A stretch of DNA of 64,000 nucleotides. Origin: Minisyncoccota bacterium. GTDB taxonomy: Bacteria > Patescibacteriota > Minisyncoccia > UBA6257 > 2-01-FULL-56-20. Of this stretch, positions 17,096 through 27,553 are shown in pieces (position 1 is the first letter of the stretch; each line of letters opens with the position of its first letter). The stretch lies in NCBI GenBank assembly GCA_035541435.1, contig DATKNL010000002.1, positions 3,962-67,961 of the forward strand, read 5' to 3'. The translations under genes were made by a program, and so were the position numbers. A model generated the notes under the pieces. It ran no database searches, was not told the origin of the DNA, and saw nothing but the letters and a program-made list of their open reading frames with translations.

Positions 17096-20000
17096 TCACT
17101 TTTGGATGTTCCGCATGAACTGGAACGTGTTCTCGAAATTGTTCAGGATGACGTCGAGGATCGACTGCGACTGCTGCGAGACGATCATCGTCTGCGGCGG
17201 GAATGCCGCGGTGTTCGAGGCCTGGTCGGTCGACGCGACGCGCACGCGGTACACGGCGCCCGGCACGAGGTTCGGCACGATCACCACGTGGCTTGTGACG
17301 AAGCTCGACAGGTCCTGCACCGTATGGGCATAGGTCGACGTGGGGCCCCCTACCCCCTGGTCGTATTGTACCACGGAGTTCGCCGGCTTATCGGTCATCC
17401 AGCCGACGATCGCCTGGGCCACGTTCGGCGACTGCGGGTCGATGATCGTCTGGATCCGGATGTTCGAGATGACGGGCGCCACCGTGTCCTTCGTCGTCCT
17501 CACCGTTACCGGGCTCGCGGCGGCGATCAGGTTGCCGTTCGCCGTATTGCCCGAGACGGTCACGAGATAGGTCGACGCCGGGGTCAGGTTCTGCACCGTC
17601 ACGCTGTGCACCGTGACCAGCGCGTCGTCGGTGATCGTCTGGGTGACGCCCGTCTTCGCGTCGCGATACTGGACGATCGAATTCGTGTCGCCGTCGGTCG
17701 TCCACGAGACCTGGAAGCTTGTCGGCGTGACTTTCGATACCTGCGGAACCACCTTGGCCGCGGCCGTGATGAAGGTGACGTCGCCGCTCTTGCCGAAGAC
17801 GCCCGGGATGCTGAACGATTCCGCCATCGCGTGATAGAGCGTGTTCGGCTGCAGGCCCGTGACCGTCACGGTGTGGGTCGCCACCTTGGTATTGACCTCC
17901 GACGACTGGGCGTCATAGGGATTGGCGGTCGATGTCGCGCCCGTGAAGTCGGCGTCGGTCGCATAATAGACCACCGAATAGGATTTGATGTTGGTCGTCC
18001 AGCGCACGGTCGCGCTGTTCTGGCCGACGTCGGTCACGACGGGCTGGCTGAGGAACGGGGGCACGAGGCTCGGGAGGGCCGAGGCGATGCTGTTCTCGAT
18101 CTCCTGCTGAAACTCATAGGCGTTCGCGATCGTGGTCGAGGACGAGAGCGAGGCCTCGGTGAGGTACTGGGTCGCGAAGGTCGCGTCGGTGGTCGACGCC
18201 TCGTTGCCGGACCGGTCGATCGCCCGTACGTAGAAATGATAGGTCGTGCCCATGACGAGCCCCTTCGCCGAGATGGTGTGGACCGTGCCGAACGCGCGGT
18301 CGGCGGCGGCTAACCCGTAATCGGTGCTCGTGCCGTAATCCACGAAGCCGACCGCCGGCTCGTCGGTAATGAAGCTCACGGTCGCGTCGAACGGCGTCGT
18401 CGTGGCGACGACGTCCGTGATCTTGGGCGGCACGGTGTCGGCCGCGCTCGTCACGACATAGCCGGTCGAATAGACGTACTGCGTCTTCGGGGTGTCCTGC
18501 GTCGCGAACGAATAATCGCCCGACACGCCCTCGCTGCCGGCGCTCGAGTCGGACCGGACGCGGTAATGATAGGTGGACGCCGGCACGAGGTCGGACAGGG
18601 TGACCGCATGATAGGTGCCGAGCGTGGGGTCGAGCGCCGTGCTCGACGGATAGGTCCCGGTCGCCGAACCGTAGTCCACCTGGCTCGTGCCGTTGCGGTC
18701 GGTGCTCCAGAGGATCACCGCCGTCGACGTGCCCGTGATCGGCGCGCTCACCCCCGTGATCGTCGGCGGACGGTGGTCGGTCGTCGTGAACTGGTAATAG
18801 TGGCTGAAGTTGTTGTCGAGGTGCGGAACGCCGTTCGCGTCGTCGGACTCGAGGTAGAACTCATAGGTCGTTCCCGGCGCAAGGCCGTCGATCACGACCG
18901 AATGCTGGAAGGGCGCCGTGCCGCCGACGAGCGTCGACGTGCCGACGTCCATGACCGCGCCTCCCCCGCTCGCCGGGACGAAATAATGGACGATCGAATC
19001 CGAATCCATCGACGTCTGCCAGCCGATGATCGCCTCGGTGTCGCCTGCATAGGTCGTCGTCACGCCCGTGAAGACCGGCGCGAGGGTCGTGAACGTCTGC
19101 TCGGTCGACGTCGCCTCGTTGCCCGCCGCATCCTTCACGTGGATGACGTAGTAATAGGTCGTTTCTGCCGCGAGGTCCGAGAGGAAGATCTCGTGATTCG
19201 CCGCGAGCGTCGACGTGGCGACGCTCGCCGTGTAGGCTTCGGTCGACGTGCCATAGAGGATGGTTCCGTCGGTGAACTTGCTGGTCGACCAGGTGATGGC
19301 CGCCGAATCGCCCGAGACGAACGGCACGGCGACGTTCGAAATGAGCGGCGACTGGGAATTCGTGGTCGTGAACGAATAGTAGGCGCCCGCGCTGTTGTCG
19401 ATCGCGACATCGCCGATGCCGTCGGTCGACTGGACGTAGAAATAATAGGTTGTGGACGGCGTGAGGCCGCCGAGGGTTATCGCGTGATGGAACGGCGCCG
19501 CGCCTCCGACGGACGAGGCGTTGCCGGTCGACGTCGCGAAGGAACCGGGCGTCGTCGCATAGAAGACATAGCCGTTCGCATCGACGTTCGTGTCCCACGC
19601 CACCGTCGCGCCGATATCGGACGGCGAAGACGTGACGTCCGTGATGACGAGCGGCGGAGCGACCGGCGCGAGGGTCGTGAACGTCTGCTCGCCCGACGTG
19701 GCGGCATTGCCGGCGTTGTCGACCGACTTCGCCACGTAATAATAGGTCGTCGAAGCGGCGAGGCCGGCGAGCGACGCAACATGCGATGCCGTCATGGGCG
19801 ACGTGTCGCCAAGGGCGGTCGATGACGCATAGATGCCCGATGCCGTTCCATAGAGGACCTGCGAATTGGAAAGCTTGTCCGTCGTCCACGAGACCGTTGC
19901 CACCGTCTGGCTTTGGGCCGAGGCGCTCACGCCCGTGATGACCGGCTTCGCGCTGTTCGTCGTCGTGAACTGGTAATATTGGCCGCTATTGCGGTCGATC

Positions 20001-23000
20001 GTCGTGTCGCCGTACGGGTCGACCGACTGCACGTAATAATAGTAGGTCGTCGACGGCGTGAGGCCCGTGATGACGAGGGCGTGGGACGTCGTCTGGGTCG
20101 AGCTCACGGCCGATCCGCTGATCGTCGAGGTCGATGTCCCGAAATAGACGCCCGAGTCGCCGTTCGAACCGGTGGTCCAGGCGACCGTCGCGGTGAAGTC
20201 GGTCGTCGTTGCCGAGACTCCCGAGATCGAGGGGCCCGGCGGACTGAGCGTCGTCACGGTGGAGGTGGCGAAGCTCTCGTTGCCGAACTGATCGACGGCG
20301 TGGATGCGGTAATAATAGAGCGTCGTCGGCGTGAGACCGGTGATCGACTGCGAGTGCGAGGTCGTGTAGGAATTGTCCAATGTGGTCGATGCGCCATAGG
20401 ACGTCGTCGTGCCATAGGCGATCTGCGACGTCGCGCCCTTGTCCGTCCCCCAGGTAATCGTCACGTTGCTCTGGCCGACGGCCGGGGTCTGGATGCTCGA
20501 GATCGCGGGCGGAACCGTGTCTTTGGCGGTCGTGAAGGAATAATAGGCGCCCCCGTTCGAATCCTTCGTGCCGTTTCCATATTGGTCGGTCGAGCGGACG
20601 TCGAGATAATAGGTCGTGGACGGCGTGAGTCCGGAAAGCGTCACCGAATGGTTCATGGCGAGCGTCGTGGTTCCGATCGTCGAATAGGGCGAGAACGCGA
20701 GGCTCGTCGAATAGTCGACGTTCGCATCGGCCGCCTTGTCGGTCGCCCACGTGATGGTCGCGGTCGAGGTCGCAACGCCGCTCACCGTCGTGCTCGTGAT
20801 CACCGGCCCGAACTGCAGCGTTGCGAACGACTGGCCGGACGACGTCGCGACGTTGTTCCCCGAATCCGTCGACTGCACATAGAAATAATAGGTGGTCGAC
20901 GCGGCAAGGTTGTTGAGTGTCAGGTCGTGGAACGTGACATAGGACGAGGTCGGCCCCGCGACGGAGTTCGGATAGGTCCCGGATGCGGTCCCATAGAAGA
21001 GGGCCGAGTTCGCCGGCTTGTCGGTCACCCAGTTGATCTCGGCGGAATTCTGCGACGGGTTCGCGTTGATCGACGAGATCTGCGCCGGATGGCTGTTCGT
21101 CGCCATGAACGTGTAATAGGCGTAGTTGTTGTTGTCGACGGACGTGTTGCCGATCGAGTCGACCGACTGCACGTAGAAATAATAGGTCGTCCCCGGCACG
21201 AGGCCCGTGATGTTCGCCGTGTGGACATAGGGTCCCGATCCGCTTTCGAGTGCCGGCGCCGAGCTTGCGTTGCCCTGCGCAAGCTGGGCCGACGAAGCGG
21301 CATAGAACACGAATCCGGTCGAATCGACGTTCGTGTTCCACGTCACGATCGCCGACGTATCGAGCGATGACGTCGCCACGTTCGAAATGGACGGTCCCCC
21401 GCCGCGGCCGGTCGGCGTGATGAACACCTGCGGCGAGAAGGCCGAAACGTTGCCCTTGGTGTCGGCGACCCTGACCTTGTAGTAATAGGCGATGTTGTTT
21501 GGCATGAGTCCCGTGTCGCCGAAATAGGGATTGGTCGTCGTCGCGTACGGGGCGTAGCTGCCCGACGTCGACCGCCAGATGTCATAGCGAAGGAAGTTCG
21601 ACGCCGTGCTTGTCGCCCACGAAAGGTAATCCGAATAGACGCCCGTATAGACGTTCGACGTGTCCTTCACGACGATGCCCGTCGGCGCGGGAGGCATGGT
21701 GGCCGTAAAGGCATAGTCGTTGCCGTAATTGTCGACGACCTCATAGGACAGCGTCGGCGACGTCGACGAGGAGAAGATCCACGATATCGTCCCGGTCGCG
21801 AATGAGCTGCTGAGGGTCTGCCATTGGCCGCTCGTCGGATTGAGGCCGTCGGCTGCGGCCGACGAGCTGCCGTTCGCAAACCGATACTTCACGGAACCGT
21901 TGCCGAGGAATGCGAACGAAAGCGCTCCCTGCGAGATGTCGGCGACGATCGTCTGTCCCGTCGCCCACGTCGATACGTCTCCGTCGGTGTCGGTCACCTT
22001 CATGCGATAGAAATAGGTCTGCCCCTGCACGGCGCCGTTGTCGGTAAAGGAATTCGACGACTGGTTGGTGCTCGTATAGATCGAAGCGAACGCACCGCCG
22101 GACGAACGGTCAAGCTCATAGGACGCAAACGCGGCTCCGGGCGCATTCGCATAGGACGACCACGAGATGATGTTCCCCGACACGGACAGGTTCTGGGGCG
22201 ACTGCGGGGCCGCGTTCGAAACGACGATATCGTTGCCATAGACGTCCTGCACCTCGGCATAGGCCGTCAATCCCGCCCCGAGCACGAGCGACTTGGTGCC
22301 GCTTGCCGTCCCGGCCGGCGCCATGGTCCACGGCACCGATGACGAGGGCGTCGAGGACGAGATGCTGGTCGTCGCGAACCGGTACATGAACCCGCTCGCA
22401 TCCGCAAAGGAATAGGTCAGGGTGTTCGAAGCGATGTTCAGGTTGGTGAGCGAGGCGGTCGGCGGCTGCGTGTCGATCGTGAACGCCGAACTGGTCGCCG
22501 TCGCCGTGTTGTTCGCAAGCTGATGGTCGTCGAGCGTCACGCGGATCTGCGAGCTTGTCGCATAAGCTGACCCGATGCCGGGTTCCGCAGCGGGATTCCA
22601 GATGACGGTCTGGTTGATGAACGAGGTCGTCGCAAGCACGATGTCGGACGTCGCATTCGCCGTCACGAACTGCGTCATCGTCTGCCATCCCGATCCGACA
22701 TTATATTGATAAGTCGGCGTCACGGTTCCCGTCGCATGCCCGTTCGCGGCCCCGTCCGTCGTATAGTCGATGTCCTTGAAGCGATAGGTGAACGTGACAT
22801 CGCCCACATGGCTCGCGTCGGTCGTCGTCGTGTTGTCCGCCTGCGTGATGCCCGTTCCCCCGCCATAGGACGCGTCGAAGGCCGGCGCGGAGTTGACAAC
22901 GTACTTCACCGTAACACCCTGAACGGCTGGCGCGGTCACGCCGTTCGAGGTCTCGGTGACCTGATACTGCCACCACCGGGAATTCGATTTCAGTGCCGCA

Positions 23001-26000
23001 GGGATGGCGGATCCGCTGCACGAAACCGAAGGATACGCCGAGAAGACGACGTCGGCACCCACGTCGGTCGTTCCGAAGCTCTGGTTCGGGAACGCTCCCG
23101 CGCTCGCGGCATAGACGCCGGCACTGCCCGTAAGCACCCCGTTCGTAATCGGGAAAGCAGCCGAGCCGCTCGGCCAGGAATTTGGGTCGGCGTCATTGTA
23201 GGAGACGACATAGTTCTTGCCCGCTGTAATGGTGAGCGGCGTCGCCAGGTTCTGCTGCTGCCATCCTGACGCCGATTCGCCGGTGAATGTCGTCGATGCG
23301 AGCAGGACATGGCTCGTGGCGTCCCAGATGTTTCCGACGTGGGTTCCCGTGTTGCCGGCCAGCTTATAGAAACGGACCGCGGTGATCTGCCCCGCTTGCG
23401 CGCTCGAAAAGGTCGTGCCGAGCTCGGTCCAGCCGTACGTTATGCCTCCATTCGAAAAAGTCTGATTCGTATGGACGCTCGATGTCGCCACAGCCGCCGT
23501 CGTACAGCCGGCCGTAGATTCGGTGAAGTTCGACCAGGTCGTTCCAAGGCCCGCCGAGGACGTTGCCGACGAGATGGCGACGGTGACGCCGTTTCCCGTC
23601 GAGGTCGTCTCGCTCCAATCGACTTCGCCGATAACATCGGACGGATCGGTCGAATCGTACGGCTGGGACTTCAGCGTGCCGAGACTCGCGTACCGAGACG
23701 GCGTATAGAACCGCTCGGAAATGTTGCTGTAGGTGCTGAGGTCGGTTGAATCGTAAAGGAAGCCGATTGTGCCCGTACTCGAAATCATGGGGGTGTAGCT
23801 GCCGTCATCCTGGATGTAAAGGAGGGTACTCGAAGCGATCGTGGTCGAAGCCGACCACGTCTGCCCCCCGTCGGTCGATTGCTGCATGAGGAGCAGATGG
23901 GATGTCTGGTTGATATAGGAAAGGATGAGCGTGCCGCTCGAATATGCGAGTGAGGACAACCGCGGATTCGTCGGCGTTACGAAGCTTGCCGACGTCGGCG
24001 TCGAGGTCCCGCTGCCGGTATAGATATTGAGGCGGTTCTGACCGTTGTAGTCGTAAACCACATAGGTCTTTCCGGTGCCGTCCACGATGATCGAGGGGCT
24101 CATATGGCTGAGGCCGTCCGCCGAACTTAGGGCGACCTGCGAACTCCAGGAGGTTCCGCCATTCGTCGAATAGGCAAACATGGGATAGAAAGAAACCCCG
24201 TCAAGCTCCTTCGAGGAATAGACGAGATAGAGGATGTTGCCGGGGCCTTCCGCCAGTGCCGGCACTTGCATCGCGTTGCCCGTGCCCGAATAGTTGATCG
24301 TTCCGGCGAGGGACCAGGACTGCCCGTTGTTGGTCGACTTATAGATGTCGATGGCCGTCGTGCGCGAGGTCGCGAGGTAATAGTTGCCGCTGTAGGCACC
24401 CCGCGTGAGGCCAATGCCGTTTGCGTTGTAGTTGTATCCCGACGTGGTTGCCACGGCAACAAACGACCACGTTGACCCGTTGTTCAGCGAATAGCGGGTC
24501 ATTACGCCCATATACGGGTTGACCTCTTTCGCGGTATAGGCAATAACGATCGATCCGTTATTGCCGGCGATTTGGACGGTATTCACCCCGACCGCTGACG
24601 GGACGAACATGCTTGTCGTGCTTGCCGTGAGGGCGACGGGCGTACCGCTCGCCGAATTGATGTATTCGAGGTTGTTGACGAAATGGTTCGGGTCGGCATC
24701 GAGGGACAGATAGGCAGCATGCACCGTGCCGCTCGAATCCTGGAAGGAATAAACGTTGGATGCGGTGGGGTTGCCCCAGAGCTGGGAGACGTCAGTGCGG
24801 GCGCTCCAGGTCGCCCCGCTCGACGTGGAGTAGCGGTACGCTATGTTGAAAAGCGACGGATTGAATGCCTCTGATTGATCCGTCACGTGAATCTTGCCGC
24901 TTGCATCGACCCCAGCGGCAGGAAAACGATCGCTGGAATTGCTGAGGTTGACGCTCGATGTAGCGCACAGGGTGTTCCAGTTGTCACAATAATTGAGGGC
25001 TCCTGCGGCCCATTGATAGACGAACCCGATCTTGCCGAGACCTTCTATGAACGCGCTGGTTCCGTTGGTGATGGTGTTCTGCGAGCTCGTGACCGGCGCG
25101 CTCCACGAGGAATAGTTCGTCGAGGTCACGAAGTATGAAAACGAGGTTATGTTGTTGATGTAATTTATGTAAGCGGTATTCGAGGCATCTACGAGCATCT
25201 GGCTGACATAATAATTGGTATTCACGGGTCCATTCGTGATGTCGATCCGGTTGTGCCAGTTATTGGAGTTCCTGTAGGCGATCTGGGAGAGCGATGACGA
25301 CGCCTCGAATGATCCGTAGGAAATATGAATGATGCCGTTCGGAGCGATCGCGACGCTGGGATTGGCAACGTTGCCGCCGGTCGTCGATGTCGTGACGTCG
25401 GTTCGTCCTGACCACGATTGCCAATTCGACGACGAAGATGCCGATCGCAGCACGACATTGAGCAACGCGGTGCCTGAAAATTCCTGTGAGGTATAAGCGA
25501 TATAGACGGCGTTGTTCGCGTCGACCGCGATGCTCGGCGAAGCCGCACTCTTGTTCGCGGTTGCCACCACCACTGGAGCCGACCAGACCTGCCACGAGGT
25601 CGAGGCAAGCGCGTAACGGTACGACACGTTCGTCGCCCCGGATTCGGTCGAATCATAGGCGAGATGGACGTTGCCGGCGCCGTCGACCGCCATCGAAAGG
25701 TGGTTATAGGTGAGGCCCGACGTCGCGTTGGTGATGCAGACCAGCGAGTTCCAGTTCTGCGAATCGCGATAGACAAGGTTGTTGAACCCGTTACACTCGC
25801 CGGAATTATAAACCACATGAACGATGCCGCTCGTCGAAATGACCATCGCATTGTAGCCGGTACCGGCCGACCACAGGAGCTTCGGAACGTTCTGCGTCAG
25901 GTCGATGCGGCTCCCGAGCGATGCCGTCGTCGTTGCAAGCGACAGGTTCGTCGACGTCGTGACGCTTGTCGCGCTCGCGTATTGGGTCGATGTCGGTGCG

Positions 26001-26170
26001 GGACTTGCGAGGGTTCCCGCCGTCTGTCCCCCGCTCCACGAGCTCTGGGTGAAGGTGTATGTCGTCGCCTGCGCGACGCCGAACACGCAGAACGACAGCG
26101 CGCCTACGATGAGGCCAACGATAAGGCCGCTCCGTTCGTGCATTCGGTATGAGCTGGTGTTCGGTGACAT
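17096..26170 (-). CDS. Giant (~3000 aa) secreted surface protein: Asp-box/BNR propeller region, DUF4082-like module and ~16 FN3-like repeats (start uncertain, 26143-26305)
   Basis: Signal peptide ending AQA; SxxGGxTWS boxes; ELGTTFS..GQITAVRFYK; repeated H.V.L.GL.P.TTYYY.V.S.D. Confidence 0.88.
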   Translation of the reverse strand: MSPNTSSYRMHERSGLIVGLIVGALSFCVFGVAQATTYTFTQSSWSGGQTAGTLASPAPTSTQYASATSVTTSTNLSLATTTASLGSRIDLTQNVPKLLWSAGTGYNAMVISTSGIVHVVYNSGECNGFNNLVYRDSQNWNSLVCITNATSGLTYNHLSMAVDGAGNVHLAYDSTESGATNVSYRYALASTSWQVWSAPVVVATANKSAASPSIAVDANNAVYIAYTSQEFSGTALLNVVLRSASSSSNWQSWSGRTDVTTSTTGGNVANPSVAIAPNGIIHISYGSFEASSSLSQIAYRNSNNWHNRIDITNGPVNTNYYVSQMLVDASNTAYINYINNITSFSYFVTSTNYSSWSAPVTSSQNTITNGTSAFIEGLGKIGFVYQWAAGALNYCDNWNTLCATSSVNLSNSSDRFPAAGVDASGKIHVTDQSEAFNPSLFNIAYRYSTSSGATWSARTDVSQLWGNPTASNVYSFQDSSGTVHAAYLSLDADPNHFVNNLEYINSASGTPVALTASTTSMFVPSAVGVNTVQIAGNNGSIVIAYTAKEVNPYMGVMTRYSLNNGSTWSFVAVATTSGYNYNANGIGLTRGAYSGNYYLATSRTTAIDIYKSTNNGQSWSLAGTINYSGTGNAMQVPALAEGPGNILYLVYSSKELDGVSFYPMFAYSTNGGTSWSSQVALSSADGLSHMSPSIIVDGTGKTYVVYDYNGQNRLNIYTGSGTSTPTSASFVTPTNPRLSSLAYSSGTLILSYINQTSHLLLMQQSTDGGQTWSASTTIASSTLLYIQDDGSYTPMISSTGTIGFLYDSTDLSTYSNISERFYTPSRYASLGTLKSQPYDSTDPSDVIGEVDWSETTSTGNGVTVAISSATSSAGLGTTWSNFTESTAGCTTAAVATSSVHTNQTFSNGGITYGWTELGTTFSSAQAGQITAVRFYKLAGNTGTHVGNIWDATSHVLLASTTFTGESASGWQQQNLATPLTITAGKNYVVSYNDADPNSWPSGSAAFPITNGVLTGSAGVYAASAGAFPNQSFGTTDVGADVVFSAYPSVSCSGSAIPAALKSNSRWWQYQVTETSNGVTAPAVQGVTVKYVVNSAPAFDASYGGGTGITQADNTTTTDASHVGDVTFTYRFKDIDYTTDGAANGHATGTVTPTYQYNVGSGWQTMTQFVTANATSDIVLATTSFINQTVIWNPAAEPGIGSAYATSSQIRVTLDDHQLANNTATATSSAFTIDTQPPTASLTNLNIASNTLTYSFADASGFMYRFATTSISSSTPSSSVPWTMAPAGTASGTKSLVLGAGLTAYAEVQDVYGNDIVVSNAAPQSPQNLSVSGNIISWSSYANAPGAAFASYELDRSSGGAFASIYTSTNQSSNSFTDNGAVQGQTYFYRMKVTDTDGDVSTWATGQTIVADISQGALSFAFLGNGSVKYRFANGSSSAAADGLNPTSGQWQTLSSSFATGTISWIFSSSTSPTLSYEVVDNYGNDYAFTATMPPAPTGIVVKDTSNVYTGVYSDYLSWATSTASNFLRYDIWRSTSGSYAPYATTTNPYFGDTGLMPNNIAYYYKVRVADTKGNVSAFSPQVFITPTGRGGGPSISNVATSSLDTSAIVTWNTNVDSTGFVFYAASSAQLAQGNASSAPALESGSGPYVHTANITGLVPGTTYYFYVQSVDSIGNTSVDNNNYAYYTFMATNSHPAQISSINANPSQNSAEINWVTDKPANSALFYGTASGTYPNSVAGPTSSYVTFHDLTLNNLAASTTYYFYVQSTDSGNNVATSSGQSFATLQFGPVITSTTVSGVATSTATITWATDKAADANVDYSTSLAFSPYSTIGTTTLAMNHSVTLSGLTPSTTYYLDVRSTDQYGNGTKDSNGGAYYSFTTAKDTVPPAISSIQTPAVGQSNVTITWGTDKGATSQIAYGTTTSYGASTTLDNSYTTSHSQSITGLTPTTLYYYRIHAVDQFGNESFATSTVTTLSPPGPSISGVSATTTDFTATVAWTTGSNGDSGVYFGTSTSTISGSAVSSTQTTSHALVITGLTPSTTYYYYVQSVDPYGDTTIDRNSGQYYQFTTTNSAKPVITGVSASAQSQTVATVSWTTDKLSNSQVLYGTASGIYASSTALGDTSPMTASHVASLAGLAASTTYYYVAKSVDNAGNAATSGEQTFTTLAPVAPPLVITDVTSSPSDIGATVAWDTNVDANGYVFYATTPGSFATSTGNASSVGGAAPFHHAITLGGLTPSTTYYFYVQSTDGIGDVAIDNSAGAYYSFTTTNSQSPLISNVAVPFVSGDSAAITWSTSKFTDGTILYGTSTEAYTASVATSTLAANHEIFLSDLAAETTYYYVIHVKDAAGNEATSTEQTFTTLAPVFTGVTTTYAGDTEAIIGWQTSMDSDSIVHYFVPASGGGAVMDVGTSTLVGGTAPFQHSVVIDGLAPGTTYEFYLESDDANGVPHLDNNFSHYYQFTTTDHRPPTITGVSAPITGTSTAVILWSTDRNGTSQVDYGSATGTYPSSTALDPTLGTYHAVTLSDLVPASTYHYRVRSDSSAGSEGVSGDYSFATQDTPKTQYVYSTGYVVTSAADTVPPKITDVVATTTPFDATVSFITDEPAVGFVDYGTSTDYGLAAADRAFGTVHTISAKGLVMGTTYHFYVRAIDRSGNEASTTDATFATQYLTEASLSSSTTIANAYEFQQEIENSIASALPSLVPPFLSQPVVTDVGQNSATVRWTTNIKSYSVVYYATDADFTGATSTANPYDAQSSEVNTKVATHTVTVTGLQPNTLYHAMAESFSIPGVFGKSGDVTFITAAAKVVPQVSKVTPTSFQVSWTTDGDTNSIVQYRDAKTGVTQTITDDALVTVHSVTVQNLTPASTYLVTVSGNTANGNLIAAASPVTVRTTKDTVAPVISNIRIQTIIDPQSPNVAQAIVGWMTDKPANSVVQYDQGVGGPTSTYAHTVQDLSSFVTSHVVIVPNLVPGAVYRVRVASTDQASNTAAFPPQTMIVSQQSQSILDVILNNFENTFQFMRNIQK

Positions 26171-26346
26171 GCCGATCCGTATCCGTATAACTATCCTTTC
26201 CTTCATTGTAGGCCCGGAACAGCCGCTTAAAGCGAAAACTGTGGAAAAACGGGCCTTATGGGCGAAGCTTGGATGCTGAATCCTGCTAAACATTCTGGCA
26301 AACATTTCTGTTTGCCATATGTTTTTATTGAATTATCGGCTTTTCG

Positions 26347-27507
26347 TTATCTTCGCTTAAGTACCTCGATGCCTGGCAGCTTTTGTCCGGCAAGATAGTC
26401 GATCATGGCGCCCCCGCCCGTTGACACAAAATCGAAACGGCTGTCGAACCCGTATTTTTTCAGGAACATGACGGTTTCGCCGCCGCCCGCGACGCGGAAC
26501 GCCTTCCTGTTCCCAATAATGTCTTTTACGATGCTGATGGTTCCCTTGGCGTATCGCTTCTTCTCGATCAGGCCGAGCGGTCCGCTCCATACAATCGTCC
26601 GGGCAGCCGCTATTTTTTTCGCGAACGCGGCGGCCGTTTTCGGGCCGAGGTCGAGGATGGCGTCGTCCTTCCAGACGAAATCAACCGGCACCGAGATTTT
26701 TCGTGCCGTCGACGTCGCTGAGACGATCCGTTTGATTTCGGCGACGCTCTTCGGATCCTTGTCGCGCATCGATTTCTTCACGTCGACGCCGCGCAGAGCG
26801 AGTACGGTGTTCGCCGATCCTCCGCCGAGCAAAATCGTATCGGCTTTCTTTGCGAAAAACTTTATGACGCCGAGCTTGTCCGCCGCCTTCGCGCCGCCGA
26901 GGATGAGCGCGAGCGGATGCTTGGGATCAACCATCGCCTTGCCGAGCGAGACGATCTCCTGCTCGAGCTCGAATCCGGCATAGCTCGGCAGGAATGTCGT
27001 GACCGCATCGACCGATGCGTTGGAACGGTGACAGACGGCGAACGCGTCGTTTACATAGAACGTGCCGAGCGATGCGAGCTGTTTCGCGAGCGCGCGGTCG
27101 TTCTTCTCTTCGCCGGGCAGAAACCGCAGGTTGTCGAGCAGGAACACCGATCGCGCAGGCGCGTCAGCGACTTCGTGACGGATATCCGTGAACCTGAAAT
27201 GGTTTACGAACCGGACGGACCCGCCGGCGATCGCGCGACGGCCGAGCAGCTTCGTGAGATGCACGGCGTTCGGCCTGAGGCTTAATCCTTTTTTAACGTT
27301 CTTCGGGACGCCGTTCACGAGCATCACGCCCTCGGGCCTCCCCTTGTGGCTCACAATGACGATTTTGCAACCGTTCTTTAATAAGAATTTTATGGTCGGC
27401 AGGACCGCGCGCATGCGCCAGTCGTCTTCCGTGTTAAAATCGAGACGCAAGAGCGCCGTACCGCTCACGGCATCCTTTTGGGCCGTTCTTAAATAATGGA
27501 TGGGCAT
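26347..27507 (-). CDS. pgk: Phosphoglycerate kinase
   Basis: LRLDFN, SHKGRP, NLRF.PGEE, VNDAF, LGGAK, VSTGGGA. Confidence 0.95.
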   Translation of the reverse strand: MPIHYLRTAQKDAVSGTALLRLDFNTEDDWRMRAVLPTIKFLLKNGCKIVIVSHKGRPEGVMLVNGVPKNVKKGLSLRPNAVHLTKLLGRRAIAGGSVRFVNHFRFTDIRHEVADAPARSVFLLDNLRFLPGEEKNDRALAKQLASLGTFYVNDAFAVCHRSNASVDAVTTFLPSYAGFELEQEIVSLGKAMVDPKHPLALILGGAKAADKLGVIKFFAKKADTILLGGGSANTVLALRGVDVKKSMRDKDPKSVAEIKRIVSATSTARKISVPVDFVWKDDAILDLGPKTAAAFAKKIAAARTIVWSGPLGLIEKKRYAKGTISIVKDIIGNRKAFRVAGGGETVMFLKKYGFDSRFDFVSTGGGAMIDYLAGQKLPGIEVLKRR

Positions 27508-27553
27508 ATCACCTATTATAGCCTATCGCCGGGACGCGCCCCGCCGGATACGC

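Noticed and set aside
17096-22000. DNA-level repeats in the giant gene as a DGR or other repeat system
   Set aside because: They are diverged protein-domain repeats; no reverse transcriptase and no adenine-specific TR/VR pair seen.
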